Shown here: piece by piece, positions 1 through 12,000 of the stretch
Layout of the letters: each line of letters starts with the position of its first letter
How positions within the stretch are numbered: the stretch's first letter is position 1
Assembly (NCBI GenBank): GCA_965116875.1
Contig: OZ220733.1
Span: forward strand, 2,336,001 to 2,400,000
Direction of reading: 5' to 3'
Origin: Candidatus Latescibacterota bacterium
Lineage (GTDB): Bacteria; Latescibacterota; UBA2968; GCA-2709665
DNA length: 64,000 nucleotides
The notes under the pieces: model-generated
Told to the model about the DNA's origin: nothing
Databases searched by the model: none
What the model saw: the letters and a program-made list of their open reading frames with translations, nothing else
Made by a program: the position numbers and the translations under genes

Positions 1-3000
1 ACCGAGGAGGTGGCCGACTACCTGGTTTTCGCTACAGCTGCCTACAATTGCAGTCAAGTCACGGCTGCCCTCCTGGCAGAGATAGAGTTGGCCAGTATGG
101 ACCTGCAGCTTGCCGGCATCTCCTCTTTGAAGTCCGGCGACTTTTCCGACTTGCCTGACCTGGAAGACATCGTCCTGAACGACAACGAGCTGACCAGCCT
201 GCCTGCCGACGTCTTCTCCGGACTGAGCAACCTGACAGGACTCGTCCTGAACGACAACGAGCTGACCAGCCTGCCGGCCGGCGTCTTCTCCGGACTGAGC
301 AACCTGAGAGAACTCCACCTGGAAGACAACGAGCTGACCAGCCTGCCGGCCGGCGTCTTCTCCGGACTGAGCAACCTGAGAGAACTCCACCTGAACGACA
401 ACGAGCTGACCAGCCTGCCGGCCGGCGTCTTCTCCGGACTGAGCAACCTGACAGTGATCTACCTGTACGGCAACGACCTGACCACCTTGCCTGCCGGCGT
501 CTTCTCCGGACTGAGCAACCTGAGAGAACTCCACCTGGAAGACAACGAGCTGACCAGCCTGCCGGCCGGCGTCTTCTCCGGACTCTCCAGCCTGGTGGAT
601 CTCGATCTGAAGGGCAACGAAGATCTGATCAGCCTGCCGGACGGCGCCTTCTCCGGACTCACAAGCCTTGAGTCCCTCAAATTGAGCGATAACAGCCTGC
701 CCGTTGCCCTCACACGGGTTGGCGGCGGGCAATTCAAGGCCGCCATGGCCACCGGCGCGCCCTTCGACGTCGTCCTGAACATCAGTGCGGCCGAAGGAGA
801 CGAGTCGCTGGACGATTTCGACGTCACGATTCCCCAGGGCAGCGTGGAGAGCGAGACCATGGCCGTCCGACGCCGCGGCACGGACGTGGTGACCGTTGAC
901 GTCACTCGTCTCCCTGGTTTCCCCAACAACAAGCATTCAGGATACCTCCTGAGCAAAGCGCCCGGCCTCCCCTTGCAGATTCACGATGCGGTGGTGCAGG
1001 CCGCGGTCGAGGTGTCGGCCTACAAGCCGGACGGCTGGATGGGCGATCCGGTGATCTGGTCGGGCAACGACGCCGTCTTCACCGTCAAGCGATGCGACCC
1101 CAGCACCGACGCGTCGCTATGCGCCGCGGGCGTCGCGTCCTCACTGAACGTGTCCATAGAGGTGTCCGGCCAGGCGAGAACCGCGACCATCCCGGCGAAT
1201 CAGTACAGCGTCGAAGTACGGGTGCCGACCACCACGGCAACGCAGGACCTCTCGGTGAACCTCGTGGCCGCCGCCGGCTACGTCATGGATCCCTACCGCA
1301 CACAGGTTCGCGTGGACGTCCATGACGCGCCTTCCAGCACCTTCTTCCTCTCCGGGACGCCCGAACCGGTGGTGGAAGGCGCGGCCATCGACTTCACCGT
1401 GCAGCGCTGCCGCTACCTCGAATCGGTCTGCTTCGACGAGGACCTGCCCGAGCAGACCATCAACCTGTCCGTGACCGATCAGGGCAACTTCATCAGCGGC
1501 ACGCCGCCGGCGACGCTGACCTTTGCCGCCGGCGCCGTCAGCAATACCCTGACGGTCTCCACGCTGGACGACGTGGTGGATGAGGACGACGGCTCGGTCA
1601 CCGTCGCCGTCGGGGCGAGCGACGCGACCACCGGCGCCTACCAGGTCGGCGCCCCGAACAGCGCCACCGTCGCGGTCACCGACGACGACGCGGGCCTGGT
1701 GCTCGCCGTCAATGACACGACGGCCGCCGAAGCGGACGGCTACATCGACTTCACGGTGACGTTGACAAAGCCCGGGGACACCAACGATACCGAGCGCACG
1801 GTGACGGTCGATTACGCCACCGCCTCGGGCACGGCCGTGGAGGACGAGGACTTCCTCGCGGCAAGCGGCACCCTGACGCTGGATCGCGCGACGCCCGGCA
1901 AAACAGTGCGCGTGTCCCTGGTGGCAGACACCCACGAGGAGCCGCGGGAGACCTTCACCCTGACCCTGCGCAACGCGGTGAACGCCACCCTCGAAGGCGG
2001 CGAGATCACCCTCGCGGTCACCGGCACTATCGAGGCCAACGAAGCCTTGACCGGCGTGCCGGTCACGATGACCGCTCCCGAACACGTCACGGAAGGCGAG
2101 GACGCCGTCTTCACGCTGACCCGTAGCGGCAACACCACCGCACCGCTGGTGGTGGAGGTGGAGGTGCAACGGTTGAGGGCGAGCTTCCCGACCGGCGATG
2201 CGGTCCCGCACGCGGTGTTCTTCCCGGCCAATCAGACCGCGGCCACGCTGACCGTACTGAGCGTCGAGGACAACGACAGTCTCGATCCCGACCGAACGCT
2301 CACCGCCCGCCTGACGCACGAGACGGGTAACGTCCGGCGCGTGCCCATCCACGACAACGACCCGCCCGAGATTTCCATCCGGGGGACCGGATACAAGCCG
2401 GACGGCTGGACCGGGCATCCCGTCGCTTGGGAAGGCAATGAGGCCTTCTTCATCCTCGAGCGCTGCGACCCGGCCACGGACCGCTGCGAAGGGTTCTGGA
2501 CGCCGGAGGAATTGACCGTGAGGGTCACGGGAATCGGGAGTGGAGTCGGCGTCACCGAGGTAACCTTCCCCCGCGGCGTCTTCTCCACCGAGGTGAGTCG
2601 CCAGACCTACGAGGCGGAAAGCCGGGGGTTGCAGGGCTATGCCACCGCGTTCGTGCAGACGGGCGAGGGGTACACGCCCGCGCCCGACGCCAGAGTCGCC
2701 GACGTCCTGGTGTACGACGTGCATCCCCAGACCGTCAGGTTGTATGGCTTTCCCAACCCGGTCCCGGAAGGGACGTTGCTGAACTACCACCTCGAGCGTT
2801 GCCGCGCCATCGAATCGGTCTGTTTCGACGAGGACCTGCCGGCACTGACCGTGAACCTGTCGGTGACGGAGGAAGGCAGCTTCATCAGCGGCACGCCGGC
2901 GGCGACGCTGACCTTCCGGGAAAACGCCCTCTACAACATCTATACGGTGCGGACTGTCGACGACGCCGTAGCCGAAGACGACGGGTCGGTGACCGTGGCC

Positions 3001-6000
3001 ATCGCGGACAGCACCGCGACCTCCGGCCCCTACCTGATCCACGCCACCGAAAGCGCTCACACCATCGCGGTCACCGACAACGACGACCAGCCCCGCATCG
3101 GCATCGAAGACGCCGCCGCCGGCGAGAGCGACGGGTCGATCACCTTCCCGGTGACCCTGAAGATCCCCGACGGCACGGACTACTCCGACCAGACCGTGAC
3201 CGTGCAATACGCCACCGCCAGCGGCACGGCCACACAGGGCACGGACTACACCGCGGCCAGCGGCACCCTGACCTTCGCGCCCCGGGAGACCGAAAAGTCC
3301 ATTTCCGTGACCGTGACCGCCGACGTCCTCTCCGAGGTCGACGAGACCTTCACCCTGACCCTGAGCAACGCGAACAACGCCGGCCTGTCCGGCGGCGGGG
3401 CCACCCTCGCCGCCACCGGCACCATCGTCGATGACGATCTGGCCCACGTGAGCATTGCCGCGGACGCGGCGGCGGTGATCGAGGGTCAGGCCGCGGCTTT
3501 CACCCTGACCCGCAGCGCCAATTCGACCGGCGCGCTGACCGTGGACGTGGAAGTGACCACCGAAGACGACCCGCACGGCGACCTGCTGCTCGGCGCCGCG
3601 CCGACCTCGGCCGCGTTCGAGGCCGGGAAAACCGAAGCGGCCCTCAACGTCTTCACCGCCGACAACAGCAGAGTCCAGTACAACCGCGCCGTAAAGGTGA
3701 CGATCGAACCGCGCGGCGACACCGACTACACCCTCGTCGCCGACGCCAGCGCGGCCAGCGTCGCGGTGCGCGACAACGAAAAGCCCCATGTCACCGTGAC
3801 CAACTACACCCCTGTTGTCAACGGCCGGCCCCGCCGGTTGACCGAGGGAGACCCGGTCGAGTTGAAACTCAAGCGCGTCGGCGACCTCACGGCGGCGCTG
3901 ACCGTGCCGCTGGAGTGGGCCATCGAGCGCTCCGAGGGCCTGGGCCGGAACTGGGAGAGTTACTTTTCCACGCCGCGGCCGCAGACCGCCACGTTCCCCG
4001 CGGGCGAGTCGAGGGTCACGGTGACGGTGCCCACCGACGACGACAATCTCGACGAGCTGGATATCGTCATCAGCGGCGGCCCCCCGAACCCCGATGGCGA
4101 TCCCCAGCTGAAGCTGCTCTACACCTCGGACTGGCGCAGGAGAACAGCCGAATTCCGCATCCAGGACGACGACGGCCCGCAGGTGACCGTCAGGGCGCGT
4201 ACCACGCCGGTGGCCGAAAGCGCGGACGCGGTGTTCAACCTGACCCGCACCTCGGACTCGGGCGAGATGCCGGTGCAGGTGACGCTCGCCCAGACCGGCG
4301 ACTTCCTCGCCTCGACGACGACCCCCGTCACGGTCACCTTCGCCGCGGGGGATCTCGACACGACGCTGACCGTCTCCCTCGACGACGACGATCTCGACGA
4401 GGACGAGGGCTCGGTCACCGCCACCCTTGTCGAGGGCGACGCGTACGAAATCGGCGATCGGTCCAGCGCCACGGTGGTCGTCACCGACGACGACGACGCG
4501 CAACGCGTGACCATCGCCGCGGCCTCGACCGGCAGCGTGGTGGAAGGGGGCAACGCGGTCTTCACGCTGACGCGCCGCACCGTCAGGAACGGTCAGGAGG
4601 TCGATGAATCGAGAGAGAAACTGATCGTCAACGTGACCGTGTCTCAGAAGGGGGACTTCCTCACGGCGTCGCCGCCGGCCCGGGCGGTCTTCCCTGTCGG
4701 CGACAACGAGGTCACGCTGCGGGTGCCGACGGTCAAGGACTACGTCGCCGACGGCACCGGCTCGGTTATCGTCACCCTCGCCGAAGGGGCCGGTTACGGC
4801 ATCCCCGCGGCCGGGCAGACCGGGCGCAAAGCCACCGTCACCGTCACCGACGACAACCAGGGACAGGAGGTGCGCATCGCCGCGGCCGCGGCCAGCGTCG
4901 CCGAGGGCCAGCCGGTCGTCTTTACCCTGACCCGGAGCGTTTTCACGCGCGCCCGGAGCCTCTCCGGCGAACTCAGGGTGAGCGTGGACCTGAGCGACCC
5001 CGACGACATCCTCAGCGGCACGCCCACCACGGCCACCGCGGTCTTCAACCACGGGTCCGCGCGGACCACCCTCAGCCTGCCGACGACCGACAACGCTTAC
5101 GTCCAGGATGACCCGAGGGTGACCGCCACCCTCGCCGAGCAGAGAGGCTATCGCGTGCCCCCGGCCGATCAGACCGGGCGCAAAGCCACCGTGCGGGTCA
5201 ACGACAACGACGGCAGGGTCAGGGTCTCCATTTCCAGCAACGCGGCGCAGGTCACCGAAGGCGACGACGTGGTCTTCACCCTGAATCGCAGCGGCGACCC
5301 CTCGGGGCGGCTGCAGGTGCTCCTCTATCTGGGCGGGCACGTGAAGATCATGACCGAGGGGACCCTTGAAAAAAGGTTCAAGCGGTTCATAGCCAACTTC
5401 GACGCCGACCAGTCCAGCTTCGACCTGCGCTATACCACCGAGGCGGACGAGAAGAACGAAGGGGACGGCAAGATCTTCCTGCAGATCAAGACCTCGCCCA
5501 CGGGGTCGTACACGGTCAGCGGGTCGCGCAGCAGGACCGTCATCGTCAAGGACGACGACTATCCCGTGCTGACGATGAAGGAGAGCGCGCTGACCATCGA
5601 CGAAGGGTCGCCGATGGGCTGGACAATGGTCCGCACGGGCGATCTGTCCGCTCGGCTGTACATTGGCTGGGGGTTTTCCATTACCCGCAATCATTACGTC
5701 CATAAGGACCGCTTAAAAAGATACTTGGTGAGAGACACTGACGAACCCGGTACCGACCCGAGTTCTTGGTACTTTGCTAACGGTGCATCAGAGCGCTCTT
5801 TCTTACAATATCCCACCGGATTATATAACTATGTCGGCCCCGAGGGCGGAACGGCAATCTATACAATCCTGGACGACGGTTGTGACGAAACAACGGAATA
5901 CTGTGAAAACCCGGGTTACACCATCGGGGAACCGAGCGCCACCACAATCACCATCAACAACATATACGCCGCGGTCTTCATCCGGCCGGTCAGCGCGTCG

Positions 6001-9000
6001 GTCAACGAGGGCGATCCGGCCACCTTCACCCTCGAGCGGCGGTGGAACTCGAACAACATCAAAAAGAAGCACACGGACGTCACCATCCGCGTCACCCAGA
6101 CCGGCAGCGTCATCAGCGGCACCCCGCCCACCACCCAGCGCCTCGAGATCGGCGACAGCGAGGCCACCCTGAGCATTCCCACGCTGGAGGACGTGGTCAA
6201 GGAGGACGACGGCGCCGTCACCGTCGAGATCCTCAGCCCCGGCCCGCTGGACGAGCAGACCGACAACACCGCCTACTATCCGGCGGGCACGGTTGACGGC
6301 GTGAACTACAGCCGCGCCACCGTGACCGTGCGGGACGACGACCAGGTTCCCACGGTGACCGTGCGGGCGCTCGCCGAGTCGGTGGAGGAAGGGGAGACCA
6401 TCCGCTTCGAGTTCGCCCGCACCGGCGCCGCCGACGAGGCGATGAAGTTCAAATTCAAGGTGGATCGCATCTACGATTACTTCTATGGCTTTCCCGGCAC
6501 GAGCACGGCGACCTGGACCTGGCCGGCCGGCGATTCGAAGTTCACCTATACGCTGCGGACCGCAGACAGGCCGGACATCGATCCCGACGGCGCGGCGGTC
6601 GTGACGGTGCTGGCGCCCGGGGAAGACACGGATGAATTCCCGGTACAGTACCTCGTCGGCGACCCCAGCGTGGCCCGCACCGAGATACGCAACAACGACG
6701 CCGCCCGCATGTCCATTGCGGCCACGCCGGAGCGGATATCCGAAGGCGAGACCGCGGTCTTCACCGTCACCCGCACCGGCGTCACCGACCGGGCGCATAC
6801 CGTGCTGGTGTCCATCGACGACCCGGACAAACTCGCCGCGGTCGCCCTGCCCACCTCGGTTTCGTTCAGCATCGGCGAGACCGAGAAGACGGCGATTTTC
6901 TCCACCATCGCTCCGGACCCCATCCGCCAGGGCGACCGCACCATAACGGCGACCGTGAAGCTCGATCACAACTTCGAGCCGCCCGAGGGCTCCATCCCGC
7001 CGGACTACCGCTTTCCGACCTACCTGCTCGGCGATCCATCCAGCGCCACGGTGACGGTAGCCGATGCGCCCTTGCCGACCCTTACCGTCTCCGACACCAG
7101 CGCGAGTGAGGCCGACGGCAACCTCACCTTCACCGTGACGGCCGGCGGCTTCCGCTACGGCGCGATTACGCTCGACTACACCACCACCGGCGGCACGGCC
7201 GCACAGGGCACGGACTACACGGCCACGTCCGGCGCGCTGACCATCGCCACCACGGAAACGGAAAAGACGATCGCGGTGCCGGTGACCGACGACGCGCTCG
7301 CCGAGGCCGAAGAGACCTTCACCCTGACCCTGAGCAACGCGGCGAAGGCCGTCTTCGAAGGCGGCGGCGCAACCCTTGACGCCACCGGCGCCATCGAGGA
7401 CGACGAGGTGCTGCAGGTGGCGATCGCGGCCGCGGAGGAAACCGTGATCGAGGGATCGGATGCGCGCTTCACCCTGTCGGTGAGCGGCGCCACCTCCACC
7501 GGGGACGTCGAGGTGGGGTACACCCTGTCCGGCACGGCCACGGCCGGCGCCGACTACACCGCCCCCGACGGCGCCTTCACCATCGACGCGGGCCAGACCG
7601 GCGGCACCCTCGCCATCCCCATGCTCAATGACGGCGAGCGCGAGTTCGAGGAAACCCTGATCGCCACCCTGAACTCGGCCAGCAACGTCGCCGAGGTGCA
7701 ACTGGCCGCGACCAGGGCGACGGTGAAGATCAGGGACGCCTCGACCCGGATTTTCCTGTCCCTGGACCGCGCCTCGGTGGCGGAGAACGACGAGGACAAG
7801 ACCGTGCGGGTGAGCGCGGCCGTGAACGCGTCCCTGCTCCCGACGCCGACCACGGTGCGGGTCTCGGTGGCCGGCGGCACGGCCACGGCCGCGGACTTTG
7901 CCGCGGTGAGCAGCTTCGACGTCACCATTCCCGCCGAGACGCGCGAGGGTAGCGGCGCCTTCACGCTGTCGCCGGTAGATGACGCGGTGGATGAGGAGGA
8001 CGAGACGATCACCGTCAGCGGCGAAGTTACCAGCCTGACACCGGGGCGGTCTCCCCCGCTGACGGTGACGTCGGCGGACCTGATCCTGACCGACGATGAT
8101 GATCGCAAGGTGGTCGTGACGCCGTCCGAGCTGACGATCGACGAAGGCGGCCGCGGCTCCTACGGCATCCGGTTGGCTTCGCAGCCGACCGAAAACGTGA
8201 CGGTGACGGTAGGCGGCGCCTCGGGGGACGTGTCGCCGACCCCCACCACGCTGACCTTCACCGCGGCGAACTACCAGACGCCGCAGCCGGTCGTCGTGAC
8301 CGCGGCGCCGGACGAAGACGTGGTGGCGGACCCGGACGTGACCCTGACGCACTCGGTCAGCAGCTCGGGCGACTACAACGGCCTGACCGCCTCATCTGTA
8401 ACAGTGACCATCACCGAGACCGACGAGCGGGGGGTGACCGTCCGTCCGACCGAACTGACCGTGGATGAGGGAGGCAGCAATACCTACACGGTGGTGCTGA
8501 CCTCGCAGCCGACGGGGGACGTGACGGTGACGGTGGGCGGCATCTCCGGGGACGTGAGTGTGAGCGGTCCGCCGCTGACGTTCACGGCGAGCGACTGGGA
8601 CGACGCGCAGATCGTAACCGTCCGCGCCGCCGAGGACGACGATGCCCTGGCCGACCCCAAGGTGATCTTGACGCATACGGTGGCCGGGGCGGACTATGGG
8701 TCCAACTCGGTGACGGCGGACGACGTGGTGGTGACGGTTGCCGAGAACGACACGCCCACCCTGGCCATTTCCGATACCAGCGCGGCCGAGGATGCGGGCA
8801 GCCTGGTCTTCCGGGTGACCTTGAGTCAGGCCACGAGCCAGACGGTGACGGTGACCTACTCGACCGCCAACGGCACCGCCACGGCCGGGTCGGACTACAC
8901 CGCGGTGACGAACGGGACGCTCACGTTCAGCCCTGGGGGTGGGCTGAGCCAGACGCTGACGGTGAGTGTGGCCGACGATGACGTGGACGAAGCTAACGAG

Positions 9001-12000
9001 ACGTTCACGGTGGCGCTGAAGAATCCGCAGAACGCGACCCTGGCCGATGCGGCGGCCACCGGCACGATCGAGGACGACGACGGGCGGGGCGTGACGGTCA
9101 GCTCGGCGACGCTGGCGGTGCCGGAGGGGGGCAGCAATACCTACACGGTGGTGCTGGACTCGGAGCCGACGGAGGACGTGACGGTGACCGTGGGCGGGGC
9201 GTCGGGGGACGTGACGGCCGACGTGGATACGGGCACTTCCGGCGACCAGACCGTCATGACCTTCACGCCGTCGAACTGGAGCACGGCGCAGACGGTGACG
9301 GTGAGCGCCGCCGAGGACGCCGACGCGGTGGTCGATGAGGTGACGCTGACGCACGCGGTCAGCAGCAGCGGGGACTACAGCGGCGAGACGGCCTCGTCCG
9401 TGGCGGTGACCGTCACCGAGAATGACAAGCCGGCGCTGTCGATTGCGGATACGACGGCGGCGGAAGATGATGGGGACATGGTCTTCCGGGTGAGTATGAG
9501 CACGGCCAGCAGCAAGACGGTGACGGTGAGCTACTCGACCGCCAACGGCACGGCCGCGGCGGGATCGGACTACACCACGGTCTCGAACGGGACGCTCACC
9601 TTCAGCCCCGGCGGGTCCCTCAGTCAGACGGTGAGCGTGAGCGTGACCGACGACGCCGTCGTCGAAGGGAACGAGACGTTCACGGTGACGCTGAAGAATC
9701 CGCAGAACGCGACCCTGGCCGATGCGACGGCGACCGGCACGATCGAGGATGACGACGCGGCGTCGTTCTCGCTGTCGGTGAGTTCGTCGGCGGTGGCCGA
9801 GGACGGGGGGACCTCGACGGTGACGGTGTCCACGGGTGGGGTGAGTTTTCTGGCGGACACCACCTTTACGCTGACGCTGGGCGGCACGGCCACCAAGGGC
9901 ACGGACTACACGGTGGGTTCCGAGAGCCTGGAGCTGACGGCCGGCCAGACCTCGGTGACGACGACGGTCACGGCGACCGACGACGACGTAGATGAGGCCG
10001 ACGAGACGGTCACGGTGTCGGCGAGCCTGGGCGGGAGCACGGTCGGTTCGCAGAAGACGGTGACGATCACCGACGACGACGGACGGGGGGTGACCATCAG
10101 CAAGGCGACGCTGGCGGTGCCGGAGGGAGGCAGCAGCACGTACACGGTGGTGCTGGACTCCGAGCCGACGGAGGAAGTGACGGTGACCGTGGGCGGCGCC
10201 TCCGGGGACGTGAGCGTGGACGTGGATACGGAAGGCGACCAGACCGCGATGACGTTCACCGCCGACGACTGGGACGACGCGCAGACGGTGACGGTGAGCG
10301 CGGCCGAGGACGCCGACGCGCTGGCCGATGAGGTGACGCTGACGCATACGGTCAGCAGCACGGGCGACTACAGCGGCGAGACGGCCTCGTCCGTGGCGGT
10401 GACCGTCACCGAGAATGACAAGCCGGCGCTGTCGATTGCGGATACGACGGCGGCGGAAGATGATGGGGACATGGTCTTCCGGGTGAGTATGAGCACGGCC
10501 AGCAGCAAGACGGTGACGGTGAGCTACTCGACCGCCAACGGCACGGCCGCGGCGGGATCGGACTACACCACGGTCTCGAACGGGACGCTCACCTTCAGCC
10601 CCGGCGGGTCCCTCAGTCAGACGGTGAGCGTGAGCGTGACCGACGACGCCGTCGTCGAAGGGAACGAGACGTTCACGGTGACGCTGAAGAATCCGCAGAA
10701 CGCGACCCTGGCCGATGCGACGGCGACCGGCACGATCGAGGATGACGACGCGGCGTCGTTCTCGCTGTCGGTGAGTTCGTCGGCGGTGGCCGAGGACGGG
10801 GGGACCTCGACGGTGACGGTGTCCACGGGCGGGGTGAGTTTTCTGGCGGACACCACCTTTACGCTGACGCTGGGCGGCACGGCCACCAAGGGCACGGACT
10901 ACACGGTGGGTTCCGAGAGCCTGGAGCTGACGGCCGGCCAGACCTCGGTGACGACGACGGTCACGGCGACCGACGACGACGTAGATGAGGCCGACGAGAC
11001 GGTCACGGTGTCGGCGAGCCTGGGCGGGAGCACGGTCGGTTCGCAGAAGACGGTGACGATCACCGACGACGACGGGCGGGGGGTGACCATCAGCAAGGCG
11101 ACGCTGGCGGTGCCGGAGGGCGGCACCAACACCTACACGGTGGTGCTGGACTCCGAGCCGACGGAGGAAGTGACGGTGACGGTGGGCGGGGCTTCCGGGG
11201 ACGTGAGCGTGGACGTGGATACGGAAGGCGACCAGACGGCGCTGACGTTCACCGCCGACGACTGGGACGACGCGCAGACGGTGACGGTGAGCGCGGCCGA
11301 GGACGCCGACGCGCTGGCCGATGAGGTGACGCTGACGCATACGGTCAGCAGCAGCGGGGACTACAGCGGCGAGACCGCCTCGTCCGTGGCGGTGACGGTC
11401 ACCGAGAATGACAAGCCGGCGCTGTCGATTGCCGACAGCAGCGCGGCCGAGGGCGACGGCGCCCTGGTGTTCCGGGTGAGTATGAACGTGGCCAGCAGCC
11501 AGACGGTGACGGTGAGCTACTCGACCGCCAACGGCACGGCCGCGGCGGGATCGGACTACACCACGGTCTCGAACGGGACGCTCACCTTCAGCCCCGGCGG
11601 GTCCCTGAGCCAGACGGTGAGCGTGAGCGTGACCGACGACGCCGTCGTCGAAGGGAACGAGACGTTCACGGTGACGCTGAAGAATCCGCAGAACGCGACC
11701 CTGGCCGATGCGACGGCCACCGGCACGATCGAGGACGACGACGAACCGTCGTTCTCGCTGTCGGTGAGTTCGTCGGCGGTGGCCGAGGACGGGGGGACCT
11801 CGACGGTGACGGTGTCCACGGGCGGGGTGAGCTTCACCGCGGACACCACCTTTACGCTGACGCTGGGCGGCACGGCCACCAAGGGCACGGACTACACGGT
11901 GGGTTCCGAGAGCCTGGAGCTGACGGCCGGCCAGACCTCGGTGACGACGACGGTCACGGCGACCGACGACGACGTGGATGAGGCCGACGAGACGGTCACG

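Noticed and set aside
10-12. GTG start codon with a gaggag RBS-like sequence for the giant ORF
   Set aside because: The frame is open to base 1, there is no signal peptide, and the sequence lies in the middle of the LRR N-cap motif.
145-700. CRISPR-like periodic repeat
   Set aside because: In-frame 72-bp coding repeats (LRR) without unique spacers or cas genes.
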